From contig CAJINV010000010.1 of assembly GCA_905178155.1 (NCBI GenBank), positions 423,866 through 487,865 of the forward strand: a DNA stretch of 64,000 bases. The letters are read 5' to 3'. Both the position numbers and the translations under genes were made by a program. Positions 1 to 12,145 of this stretch are shown piece by piece; position 1 is the first letter of the stretch; each line of letters begins with the position of its first letter. This stretch comes from Amoebophrya sp. A120 (lineage: Eukaryota > Protista > Dinoflagellata). The notes under the pieces were generated by a model that worked only from the letters and a program-made list of their open reading frames with translations, did no database searches and was not told the DNA's origin.

Positions 1-1185
1 TTTGATAAGTATTCCATGTTGAAACGGAAGATTTTTGTGTTGCTTGTCGGCAGTCACTCACCTCTAAGTGTGGGTCGAGAGGAATCATCCGTAAGCTAAA
101 CGCCACACAGGATGGCAGACACTCCAAGCAAAAAAGTGCGAGCGTTTATCGTGTAGTCCATCTTTAATCTTACCCCCGGTACTCTCACTCTCGAACCTTG
201 AGATGGCCCCTTAATATTTTGTCCCCAACAACTAGGTAAAATGAAGAAAAAAGAAGACCCCAACGCAACAAGCAACCGACGTAGAAAGACTGACTAGATG
301 GGAAACCGAAGATCCATAATTTGCAGTCGTCATTTCACTCAGGATTGTGAAAAAAGCCAAAACACGCGACGTCGTGAAGTACAAATCCTGCTACTCGATT
401 GTAAGAACCCCCACCGATTTATTATTATAGACCGATCAAAATTTTTCTACTGGTGGATCAACATATTGATTCATAACCTGGACCAAACATCACACGGAAC
501 TCAACACCGGGCAGGACTTCCAGAAGGGACGCTCTTGTGCCTAACTCTTCTTTTTGCTGTAACTGTAAGTACATTTATTCAACTCCAAATGCAGAGGCAC
601 AAAACGCGAAGCGGCACGTCTAGTACTCTTTCGCTTTAATGTACATTTATAGCGTCGTCTTGATTCATCATACACGCACATCCTGTGGCGGTTCGGGTTC
701 CGCTCTGAGTTTTTTAAGGTTTCTAAATAATTTTTCTCGCTTACGTTGTAGTGATACTGGTATTTTAAGTCGATTTTCTTCATTTGAAACAAAACGCAGG
801 AGGGCCAGCCCAGATACAAACAACAGCTCAACAAGGTAGGTCATTGCGCACCAGCTTCTCTTGGTCCAACACACTGTACCTGCACTGGTCGGAGTGGTGT
901 GCCAAACAAGGTCGCTATGCGTATGCGTATGAGGAACGCGAAGGTACACAGGGAAATTGAAAGTATTATAGGGGTGAAAATTTCTACTTACACTTAGATT
1001 TGGGATCTGGGTCTGGCTCGACGTAGTATACTATTTTTCTGCTTATTTCTGTCTTGATGTTGTTACTGCTAATTTCAATCAAGTTTATTTAGGCTTATCG
1101 TTCATTTCAATTTCGGTTTCCATAAAATCACTCAACTCTGTCGCCGTATCCACTTCGCTACCGCCTACTAGTACGAGCTCCATTA

Positions 1186-4100
1186 TTACTTCTTCCCCCC
1201 GCCACTGCTACCCGCCGCTGCCGCCGGCGCCGCGACCGGTCTTTCCGGCTTTGGTGGTAACGGATCGCCCTGTTCCGCGGCGGTTTTTTCCAGCGCTTTG
1301 TATACCAACGCCGCTCGTGTCAATCCCCGCCACTTGCACTGGTCGTCCATCTTCATCATAGCCTTTTTGATCAGAAACTGCCCCCGGGTCTGCATGGTGC
1401 CCGAAGCGACTTTACAGAGGGCAGAGAGGGCCAGAAGGATGCATTGGAGATCCTGTTTTAAGAAAGACGTCGTCAATGATGAAAATGAAATAATAAAACT
1501 TTAACTTACACTACTTACTCTGCGGCGTGGGTCATGATACGCCCCCAGCTCGGCAAAAATCGATTTCTTACTTATCGCAAAAGCATCACGCATGATAAAC
1601 TCCTATCTTTAATTAAAGTTCCATACCTCTTCCGCCTTCGAAGAGTCTGGCACGACGAAGTCGAACGATCGATTTTTCTATGAAATGCAAAAGCATCGCA
1701 CTACCTAGTAGTATATATCGCATGACAAATTTCCTCAGCATGAGAAAGAAAACTTGTAAATGCGGATTTATCCTCAGAAAGAAATTTGTATTGCATGAAT
1801 GCGATTAGTACGAGTACGATACTTTTGCACAGGATATTTTCGTGTACATGCTGAAACACAGCCACGGCTTCAAACCCGGTTTTTCGCCCTTCGCCGGCAG
1901 CTTGAACAGCTTCTTCGACGCGACCACGTAAGCCCGGGAGGAAAACCCCCACTCGAAATGAATCACTTCCGCCAAATTCACCGTCATGGTTCCCCCCGTG
2001 ATTCCTGACCGTTTGTACATCAGGGTGTTATTATTCGCGTCGACGAAGACCGTCAAGGTCCGTTTGGATTCCTTCTCCGCGATTTTTTCCAGCAAAATCC
2101 CCTTCATCGCCTGCTTCACGTACTTGGCGAAATTCGTGTCCTTCGCGTTTTTCGGTTTGTTTTGGTGTCGGTCCTGGAGGTGGTTGATAGAGTTTTTCAT
2201 GGACTGCAGCTGATTTCGCTTCTCGCTGATCACCTTCTCGGTTTCCTCCCGCTCTTTCTCCCACTCCTGGCGGACCAAGTCGAGCTCTTTCTGCTGGTTG
2301 GAGCGACCTTTTATTTCGGTGGGGATAAGCGCAAGTGGTGTTTGTCATGCTCTTAGAAAATGAAAATCCCAACAGGACGAAAATTTTCATATATATGGAT
2401 CTGTGATGCATGATGAACAACAGCACAAGCAATATGGAAATCAAAAATACCGTCCTTCTCCGCCTCCAGTTGTGCGGTTAAATCGCTGTGCGTCTTCGCG
2501 TAGTCCTCCTTCATTTTCAACAACTCCGTGCGCAAATGCTCTGTTACTGTTTCCAAGATCGTGATTTCGTCTTTTGCAATGTCCAGCGAGACCGCGGCTT
2601 CTTTTATCCTAAGTAAAAACGTCCCCACCCCATAGTCAAGTTGGGATTCTAGCAACACAAATCTCCAAGTTTTGGGAGCTGTGCATGACAAGTTTCCCTC
2701 TGCAGTGTCGTGCTGGTTGGCAAGGGAAGCCGCATGAGAAAGCCACTTTCTCATCCTGTTTACAGCATTACAAATTAGAAAACGCGATTAGTAATGCCTC
2801 GTCTCATGCAGCTGCGCATTACAAATGTGCATGACAACTCTGGGGTGGGGACGTTTTTACTCAGGATATCTTTTTGCCGGTTGCTCACCTCCTCGACGAA
2901 AGCACCGCTATCAAAAGGAAAAATCCCCCCTCCCCATATCGAAGTGGAAATCTGTGATGCGGGATTTCTGTACACAAATCGGCTTTGTCTTGCAGTAGAG
3001 GAGTGCAGGCAAGTACAAAGCGGGAGCAGGTGTGTTTTGGTGCAGGCGCCTAGCAAGGCAGGCATGTCTTCCGTAGGCCATACAGCATGACAAATTACCT
3101 GCAGAACGCGGCCAGGTTTTTGGATTTGCCTGCTTGCAATACAGAGACGATTTGTGGTCTCAAATCAGCATCACAAATTTTCAGAAGTATCCCGCTTTGG
3201 TATGGGGAGGGGGGATTTTTCTTCACAATAACCGTACTCTTTCGTTTGCTGCGCGTACGCCTGCTGCATCTTGATGAAACAGGTGCGGAGGGGCTCCACC
3301 ATCTCGGTCAAGTGGGTGAACAGTTCTTGCTTGTGCTGTTTTGGTTAATTCAGTTTGTCATGCGTGGATAACAACAGACCTTATTGTTTCTGTAGCGCGC
3401 GGAGCTGCATGCAAAACAACAAAACTATAGATACCTTCGTACTCCGGTCCATTCCTTCCATGTGCATGACGTGGGTTTCCGCTTCTCTTCTGGTGAGTTT
3501 CAAACTGGCGCACATCACGTCTAATTCCAACTGCGCCTCGTGCAATCGGTCTTCCAAGTGCTTCCGGTTTTCCTGTGCGGTGGAAAGCTCGGCCTCCATC
3601 ACCGTGTACTTGTCTTGTAGTTTTTGAAAGTTGTTCTCCAACTCTTCCACTGTCAGGAAATAGCTGTCCCTCTCCATCACTCGTTGGTTAGAGTTTTGCT
3701 GCGCGTCCCGGAGATCCTGATAGGCTTGGGCGTTTTGCCGCCGCAGACTGTCGATCTCCTTCGCGTATTCACCTGATAGATTTCGTCGTTACTTGTATAA
3801 AGAATTTTGACGAGGAGGTATTTTTATCAACGACACGGTGTTGTACTGCTGTTGAGAATGCGAAATGACAAAAACGTACTGTAATATCAATACTCAGTTT
3901 ATTCCTCAACTCCCCGCTCTCCATGTTGCTTATCGTCTCCAATTTCAACGAGCTCGTCCCGAGATTCGTGTTTCCCTTCAAAACCGCCTCGAGTTGGACG
4001 CACTTCTGCGTCAACTTCTCGTTTGACAGTTTCAACTCCGAGGTTTCCTTCTATGCATTGCAAATATGTCTGCTGGGTCTGGAAGATTAAAACTTGTCAT

Positions 4101-4961
4101 GCTAAATCTGAATGATGCAAAAATCTGTGTTGCGTGAGTACAAAAAGCTGTCCGCTTTTGACCAAGTTGAGAGGGAGTTTCCCATGCAGGAGAAGCATGA
4201 TAGTGACCTCAAATAAAGATCTGTCATGCTAGGTTTCGCATTCCAGACCTCATGGGTTATGGAAAACCTGCATGACAAGTCTTGCAACGTTCCAGACCCA
4301 GACATATTTGCAATGCATACCTTCTGTTCCGTGTCGATCTGGTCTTCCAGTCTCTGCTTCTCCAATTCTAATTTCTGAACCTCCTTGTACAAATTCTCGC
4401 CCCACTCGAGCAGCTGCGTGTATCAAATGCAAAAATGTCTGGGTCTGGGACGAGGATGGACGGACTTGTCATGCTGTCTTTGGATTCCAAAAAAAAACTG
4501 TATTGCGTACGGAACAAGAGGAGCCCAGTTTATGCTACGCGGAGGGGGTATTCCTCATGCGGTATAGGCATCAGGAAGCCCTCGCACAATCTCTGATGCT
4601 AGGTCATGCATTACAGGCATCATCGTTCATGCAAAATGTGCATGACAAGTGTTCCACTCTTCCAGACCCAGACATTTTTGCATTTGATAGCGTGCGCTCC
4701 GTTTCCATTTTGGTCACTTGCTCAATCATGTCGGCGGACAGGAGCTTGTTCGGGTTGTTTTCATCTGATAATTTTTTTTCTCATGCGGGAACAGCACGAA
4801 GAAGTGACTTTGTCTTTGTCATGCATTTCGTCGAACAAAAACATCATGATCATGAAATTAATACTCAATTCCCGATGGTATTTGGTCAGCTGTTCCGCCT
4901 CTCGCCGCAGGTCGTTCAAGACCCCGGCCTTCGGGTCCTCGGCACTCGTTGTGGCCTGCAT
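1186..4961 (-). CDS. Multi-exon coiled-coil protein with C-terminal PH-like domain; 5 introners plus several GT-starting introns
   Basis: Removing elements gives continuous peptides: PNKLLSADMIEQVTKMETERTQLLEWGENLYKEVQKLELEKQRLEDQIDTEQKETSELKLSNEK, YGAFVEEVSNRQKEAAVSLDIAK, and KPWLCFSMYTKNRSFDFVVPDSSKAEE/DLQCILLAL. CFS..T..RSFDF resembles the end of a PLC-type PH domain (inference). ATG at 4961 in AAAAATG context. Confidence 0.75.
1679..1836. mobile_element. Introner family B (TIR TATnnnnnGCAAAAGTATCG)
   Basis: TAT...ATA ends, TSD ttttc/ttttc; removal gives MYTK-NRSFDF. Confidence 0.92.
2605..2868. mobile_element. Introner family C (TIR TATCCTnnGTAAAAACGTCCCCACCCC)
   Basis: TSD tcttt/tcttt; removal gives RQK-EAAVSL. 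Confidence 0.92.
2909..3230. mobile_element. Introner family D (TIR TATnnnAAGGAAAAATCCCCCCTCCCCATA)
   Basis: TSD accgc/accgt; removal gives TKEYG-AFVEE. Confidence 0.88.
4052..4319. mobile_element. Introner family A (TIR TATnnnnTGCAAA(A/T)ATGTCTGGGTCTGGAAG)
   Basis: TSD ccttc/ccttc; removal gives TEQK-ETSELK; can be read as GT-AG. Confidence 0.92.
4421..4689. mobile_element. Introner family A
   Basis: TSD gcgtg/gcgtg; removal gives METERT-QLLEW; no GT-AG reading in any register. Confidence 0.93.
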
Positions 4962-6020
4962 TTTTGTGCTGGTGCTGCTGCTGGCGTTCTGTTCGTGTTC
5001 CTTCGGAGGTTAATGCAAACCAAAACCTCCACCTCTCCCTACTCCCGGAAAGAAGTGCCGCCAATTTTCACCAAGTCATCGTAGCGATACTGACGCACGA
5101 TGTTGCCGGCGCGCAGAATAACAGAGCGCCGGCGCGGTTCTTTATTTTCTTCAAAAAAACACTACTTGTACTTTTAGCGAGTGCTAGTGCCTGATCAAGG
5201 AGACACAGCAGCCAATACTCCATGATGAGAGGCGGTTTGATGAAGAGTATGACACATCACGATCGTCCCAACATTAGAGCAATAAGGATATAAAAACGCA
5301 CCCCGTAACGAACGATGGAAGACGATTATGATCTTGCCCCAAATGCATCACGAAAACCCGCGAGACTGTGAGAGGCACAGATGCCGACACGCCTATTCGA
5401 ATGAGAGAGTCTCCTAAGGTGACTTCTCAGGCCTGAGGGTACACGATTACTGACATCAATCACAGACGATGACTGACGCGGATCCGGATGACAACTTCAT
5501 AATGCCAATCGCGGCTAGAGTTCTTTTCACGATTTCAGACCCCAACGAGTACGAGTGGCAGTGAACAGGCTTCCATGATACTGTGGAATCGTCTAGCACG
5601 ACGCGTCGCCTGATCGAGCTGCATCTAGTTTGCAATCATCGGCTCTATGGCTCCACTTGCATTTGCCCTGCCTACAGTGCAAATCGAGAATTACAAAAGC
5701 AGCAAGGAGCGAGTACAACAGGCTGAGACTCAGTTAGATCTTTATTCACAAAAAAGGGTCAAAATTTTTCGTAGCAGAACTTGTAGTACCTTAACCTTTG
5801 TCAGACTTGAAAGTGGACCATCATTTTAGACAAATGGAAATGAACAAAGCTCATGAAACTAACTCCATGGTATATGCAGTGACACTTTATTGCTTACGTA
5901 TGAAAGTTCCCCCTTGTAACTGGCTAGTGTAGTTGTTCTTGTTTCATCCTGGCTGCATTTCTACGTTTACTACTGACCCAATACTTTCTGAAGCGCATCG
6001 GCCGTCCGCGCACCCTTCAT

Positions 6021-9000
6021 CTAGAGATGACTGACATCGTGCTGGTGCGAAAAACCATCGAAACCGCTACCGCGCGCTGCGGCCGCGCGAGTGCGTGCAG
6101 GCGTCACCTCTGCCATCATCACAAGTCCTCGCAGCTCCTTCTCGTAACATTCTTCCTGCAACAGTGCTTGCGGGTCGGGGGCGAGCCGAAGTTTGTGTTG
6201 CGCGTCTTCCAAAACATTTCCCGCGAACTGATAAGTGGCGCTGGGGCAGAGGAGAGCTCCTTTGAGCAACACGTGGAGGCGGGACAGGTAGTGGTCGATG
6301 ATCTTATTTGGTGCAGAAGTAAAAGTAGCTGCTTCACTCTTGCCAGCGGAACCAGGATAATGGGCGTGATGTTCCACGTTCGACAAAGCAAATCTCTTTG
6401 CCAGATCAAAGCTCAGCTTTGCCAAACCCCCATACTTCTCCTTCAAATCTTGTCTTGCCACGCAGAGTGGCAGTCCGGGCTCACACAGAGCCTTGGCGTG
6501 GAGGGTCGTCAATGTGACCAGGTAGTTGAGAAACAAATCGAGCTTGTATTGCAGCTCGGGACGAGAAGCAGGTGTTAAACTGTCGATGGCGCTGATCTCC
6601 GAGATTTCCACTACGCTGGAATCCGAATCAGTACCACCAAGAGCAGCGCCATTGTGTTCTTCTTCTTCTTTCGCCAACACTTCCATCATCGCCGAGACCA
6701 GCGCTTCGTCGGTGCTCGACTCGTTGCTCTGCGTCAGATTCAGTTCACCATCTTCAGTCTGGGGCGACAACGACAAGTAGAGTGAATCTCCCGCCCTGTC
6801 TGCAACAAGACTCCTGTTGCTTTTTTTACCGTTCTTGCTACCGGAAGATGGTGCGGACAAATTCGCGTCGGGTTCTACATCAGTCTCCATCCCTCTGCCA
6901 AAACCGTAATTCTGCGAGGAGATGCTGTTCTCCTCAAGCGGAAGTGGAAGATCTCGGCCTGATAGGAGATCCTGCAGGAGGTACTCCGGATGGTAAGTCG
7001 GCGTTGGGATCATTCCGTGTGGGCCAGCAGCAGCACTAGAAAGAGCTGAAGTATAGAGACGAAATAGGTGATCTTCAGCACTGTTCTTATCCCTAAAGAA
7101 ATTCGCAGCATACCGTCGGGATTTGCCTTTTTTTTTTGCGCCAGCGCAGGCGCTGCAGTTTTTATGGTCGCGCCTGCGTAGAAGTGCTGTTGCCTCCCCT
7201 GGTGGGTTTTTGCACGCGGCCCAGGCGTCGTTCTAGAGGAACCAGCAGGCATTTCAGCACCCCGGCGAACCTAGACCCAGACTAATGAGGCCCCCCCACT
7301 GCGCAGATCGACGCGCCCAACGGGCACTCACAACACAGCCATCCGGCGCAGGCGAGCATCTTTTCCGCGGCCCCGGGCCCTACGTACTCGCAACCCAAAA
7401 AAGGCCGCAAGCCGGCTCGTGCGGACTTGGTGCGCAGGCCCCTCGTGACCCCTTGGAACTCTTCAAGCGCAACCCAATCTCCCACCCACCGCCCCACTCA
7501 CTCACCGTTGGCACCGCTTTCGCGGCGATGGTGGACGCACTGGCAGAAGACCTTGAAAGCTTCCCGCCTGGTACTCGTTTGAACGCTTCGGAGAGATAGA
7601 TAAGAACACCTACTGCAACGCCCTGGCATTGATGTTTTGGCATGAAGCAGAGTTGGAGCTTCTGCGCCAAATGTTCCCGTTCTCGAACACTGCTGCTCTT
7701 ATCCTCCACGCCGTGCATAGATAAGAACACGTTTGTAACGACCTGAAGTTGGTGGCTGGCACGAAGCAGAATGACATCTTCTGCGCCAGAGGTTCCCGTT
7801 CTCGCAAAAATGCTGTTCTTATCCTCCAAATGGTGCATAGATAAGAACATGTTTGTAACGACCTAAAAATGGTGTTCTTATCTATGCACGAACAGGAGGG
7901 ATAAGAACAGCACTTTTGAGAGAACGGGAACATCTGGAGGAGAAGCTTCAATTCTGATCGTCCAATCATCTCCGTGCATAGATGAGAACTTCTTTATCTA
8001 TGCACGGAGTTGGAGGATAAGAACAACAGAAAACGAGAACGGGAACATTTGGAGCCGAAGCTACAACTCTGCTTCATCCCAAAACACCACAGCAGGTCGC
8101 TGCAGTAGTGTTCTTATCTATGCACGAGCGGGAACGTGCGCAGCTGAAGCACCATCTTTGCTTCGTGGACGTGGTCCCATAGCCATATACATATCATTTT
8201 ATGGAGCCAGCGCCCCACCGGTCCTAATTTAGGACCGACGGCACGGCGCAGGCACCAAAGACAACACCGGAGGGGCCATCATCTGCTGCCTGACACAAAG
8301 AGAGACGAGTGGGCGCGCACACTGCCGCGGCCCGGTGCGACCGCCGGCGTAGCCCCGGCTTGGGGGGGCTCTTTGGGTGGGGCATCAGCTCGCGCCCGGG
8401 CGCGCGAACTTGGACGCAGTGGCCGGCGGTTATTCTGTCAGTGTGCAGAGCGTTCCCTGGCGCATGAGCTGGGGCTGCGCTAAGCACGAAAGCGCGACCC
8501 TCTGGATGATGCGCGGCGAAGGCTTTGGATAGCCCTGGGCGGTGGCGCTTTTGTTAGCCTCAGACACGCCAGGCCTTGCCTAGAATAAAAAAAGCCCACG
8601 AATCGCGACGGTATGGCGCGATTTTTCTTAGGGATAAGAACACGCGGGAAGATCACCTTTTTCATCTCTATATGAAGGTGAGCGACCAGCTGCAGCAGAA
8701 GCCAACGCTGCACCTCTTCTCCAATCGCTTGGGACTCCGAGGGCATTCGAGATTCGCAGCGTCGAAGATGCAGATCCTGTTCCGGTAGGTCCTGCTGCAG
8801 CTATGTCCTCTGCGTTGTTTTCGCCATTCCTAGGGAGGAGAGAAATCCTGGGAGCCACGGTCTCTCGTCCGTTCCGCGCCAACGGCGTCATGTCAAACGG
8901 CGGCACAACTAGATTCTCCAGGTACGGTGTCACGTCTTCGCAGCTGCAGTTCATATCGTCCTTGGCTGCTGCTGCTGCACCATCTGTACTCACCGCCCCT

Positions 9001-10832
9001 TCACTTAATGATGACCGCACAGACGGGTCAGTGTCCGCATCTTTTCTGTTTTCGTCGTCGTTGCGAGCACCACTGACAATATTTCCCACCATTTCAGGCA
9101 CAACATCAGGGGCCCCACCTTCATGACCTTCTTGTTCTTCATCGAAAAACATTCCGCCCTGCATGAACTGCATGGTTTCCGCTCGTTTCATCCAGTCGGA
9201 GATTGAAATTTCCGGCGGTAGTGCTTCACCGTTCTCGTCGTGCAAAAGTTGTACACCCGCTGAGCTTGTTTTATGCGCCACTACGTTAGCGATGCTGTAC
9301 TGAGTATCCTCGTCTTCTCCGCCATCGAAATTTTCAGCGTCGTCCAAATCATCGATTTCCGCTGCCCAGGTGTTCTGCAGGTGAGTGTTAGCGGGAGGCT
9401 TGCTCAACATCATTGAAAGGGCAGGTGGATTTTTATTTTTTTCGTTGCTGAACGATTGCACCCGGTAGGAGTCGGTGTCGGACAGGGACGGGCTATAAAC
9501 AGGATCGTGAGCAGCAGTTTCTACTCGTCTAGCCCCCGGTCTCACGTCCTGCTGATGTTGTTGCCCGTGGGCTGCGGGGTCTTCAGACTTCACCGGGACA
9601 CCTCGTTCGAGAATTGCTTGCACATTCGGGTGAAGTTGAGACGGTACCCGCATGCCTTGCGCCGGTACCGCAGCAGGTGTAGGCGTAGCTGCTGGAGAAG
9701 ACCACGAATTACATGGTGGCAAGTTCTTGGAGAAGTCAACCTTATTCAAGTTCTTCAAATCCGCGACAAAACTTCGCAAAAACGAATCTACCGTTTTCAG
9801 ATTTGGGTTTTCCAAGGTCGCGAAGTCCCAGATTTTCTTGTCTAGTGAGACGGTGGTAGATCGAGCTCGTCGGTCCATCTGCTGTCGATTCCTTTCCTCG
9901 ATGTTGCTGCGTTCTTCGATCGGCGTCTTTTCCATTCTGGAATCCAAGAAATCCCAGAAGGCGAAAATCCTTGTATTTCTTGCCCCAGATCCACCAGGAA
10001 CTGCTGCCTCTCGTCTGTTCCTCTTGAACTCTTCCCAAAGAGCGAGCTCTTCTTGGAGGACAGAACTTTTCGGCGCTCCCGTTTGCGATCTTTCCTTGCG
10101 CAAAGACGTTGCAGCACTGCTGGGCACGCAGATCTCATCCTGATGTCCAGCTTCGGCAGAAAGCGCGGAAGTGGTGCTTTGCGCTTTACTTCTTGTTTCA
10201 CCTCCTTCGACGCCGGACAGGTCGTCGGTTTTGTCCGTCAGCTGCCTTACCAGTTGATCCAACAGGCCGCTCCCGCTGGAAGCACCCAACCAGCTTTCTG
10301 GTGAATTTTCATCTCCATCCATTCTACCGCATTGCGACACGTACGTTGGCACGACTGGGGAGGCAGGAATCGTCCCGACATCGCGTGTTTGGCCTCCCGA
10401 CAGCTGCGCCTGCAGCAACAGAGCTGCTAGAGCCCGTGAGATAAACGAGAGACGAGTCCTTCGCTTTTGCGAAGATGCATTCTCTCGCCTAGCAGGATGG
10501 CGTGCAGCTTTTGTCGTGTCACAGGCAGAGCTACTGGTGGTGCCGGCATCCTGCAACACTTTCTTCACCAGCCGGGGAGGTCGTGAAAATTGGGCGCGAA
10601 CCCTGGCTGCGGCACTCATAGGACCATCATATGTGTCATTTTCTTCACCCGGCCGCCCGATTTCTTGTTCTGTACTCGCCGTATGATAACCGCCACTCTT
10701 CAGGGACACTGCGACAGCGTTCGCCAATGGAGGTGCAGTGCCGAAGGTAAGTGTCCCTGTGAAGGTTAGCAGAACTACCCAGCAGGCCACAACCTGGCGG
10801 CAGCCAGCGCTAGTAGCGACAGGTTTTGTCAT
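6021..10832 (-). CDS. ~1060-aa hypothetical low-complexity protein with hydrophobic N-terminus, two exons split by a giant introner
   Basis: ORF 8628..10844 and ORF 6021..7013 join in frame (GRSPS-ALSSAAAGPHGMIPTPTY) after deleting 7052-8672 plus one TGAAG. N-terminal VVACWVVLLTFTGTLTFG suggests a signal or TM segment. Confidence 0.75.
7052..8672. mobile_element. Giant introner-like TIR element, 1621 bp
   Basis: Begins TATAGAGACGAAATAGGTGATCTTC and ends GAAGATCACCTTTTTCATCTCTATA. TIRs ~70 bp at roughly 80% identity; perfect TSD tgaag at 7047-7051 and 8673-8677. Confidence 0.9.
7596..8166. repeat. Head-to-head array of ~118-bp units inside the giant element
   Basis: Units carry GCATAGATAAGAACAC and GTTCCCGTTCTCG. 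They run one way in 7596-7865 and inverted in 7872-8166; the symmetry centre (~7860) matches the element centre. Confidence 0.85.
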
Positions 10833-12145
10833 AATTTTGTGCAAAATACAACAGATGAAACAGCTCCTTTATACAGACCCCCTAGACTAGATATCGCATG
10901 ACGCTCCCGTAATTAATATTCCCGTACGCGACCTGAAGATGGAAATGATGGACTGATCGTGAAGAAGAAAAACTCGTACGTAGAAATATCGCACTTGGAA
11001 GTTCTGTTGGTGTGAGCGCGACGAGGACGAGCCAGAACAAATTACCATTTTGCTCGCGTCTACAGGAGTCTCACCCGCCTTTTTGTTCGCCATAAAACCT
11101 ACATCGTAATCTGTCCAGCACAAGGTCGAGGGAGAACACCTCTGCTGTTTGGGCGTCGTGGTGCCAGTTCTTCGAAAGCCCACCATTAAGTGGCGCCCTT
11201 TTATCGAAATCTTCCGCCAATTTCCACTTTTTTTGAACAGGGAGCGACAAGAACGGGGATTACCAAAGTTGATTTCGCCTACGCCTTAAGAGCTGCTGAA
11301 GTGACAGTTTAGTTTGCGCGACAGCAACAGAAATTGCTTCTTCAAACCTTGCTGCTGCTCTGATATGATCGACGGATCCATCAAAAGTCCTCGAAGTCTA
11401 GCACAATAGGCGAAACGGTAATGGTAATCACAGCAAAAAGAAACCTGCTAAAACGGAGCGGCGGCTCAAAGTTCAAAAGGTACGCGGTTCAGAGTTCTAG
11501 TGAAAAGTGAACTTCTTGATAAAGGAAATACGCAGATGAGACGGTCTAGTCCTAGTGTAGCTGCGAAATAAGATCCAAAGGTATGTTATAGAAACACAAA
11601 GGCAGGAAGAAGTGGTAAAGTAAACGAAAAGTTCAAAACAACAAGTTCAGGTGAAAAGTTACAGCCGATGTCTAGTAGCGGGGCGAGCGGTACTAGACAG
11701 TTCTCTACTGCTGAATCTAATTCTAAAGGCAAGAACAGAAATTTAGATCTAACTACATAAGGATTTTGAGGATATCAATTGTCAAAAAGTAAAGGAGTAT
11801 CATGGGTAACAGTACGCTCACGAACTCATCAGCAACTCGCCCGCATCACCCTGCACCAGCGACACCGGTTCATCATCTCGAGAAGAAGAGCCCTCTCTCC
11901 CCGACTAGACGAGCACCAGAGATTGTGTCTGTGGTTGAGCGTCTCGTCAGGGCGTCGCAGAGGTGCATGCTGACAAGCGGCGGTAGATGAGGAGAAAGAA
12001 CTTGCTTGAGAGTGTGGAAGCGACGTAGCAGCAGTTCAGAAGTAGTGGAGCAGTACAGAAACTGAAACAGGAGCGGGTAGAAGTTCTTGCAGAAGTAGGA
12101 ACAATGCGAATGCGAAGAAGTAGTTGAAGCTCATCTCCTTCTTCT

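Noticed and set aside
541-834. VYDESRRRYKCTLKRK as a degenerate AP2 domain (similarly KGVSW...ARIT at 11779-11973)
   Set aside because: Short ORFs bounded by stops and lacking the C-terminal AP2 helix; could be chance.
7046-7113. Apparent short canonical intron GTATGC...CTTCAG linking ORF 7010..7252 to ORF 6021..7013
   Set aside because: This sequence is the left TIR of the giant element (mirrored at 8601-8672); the TSD and in-frame fusion with the 8628..10844 ORF explain it better.
7285-7599. Plus-strand ORF in the giant element ending AMVDALAEDLESFPPGTRLNASER, resembling the start of a GntR HTH or a transposase remnant
   Set aside because: Only about 24 residues resemble it, the HTH does not continue after the array, and there are no DDE motifs; not supportable without an HMM search.
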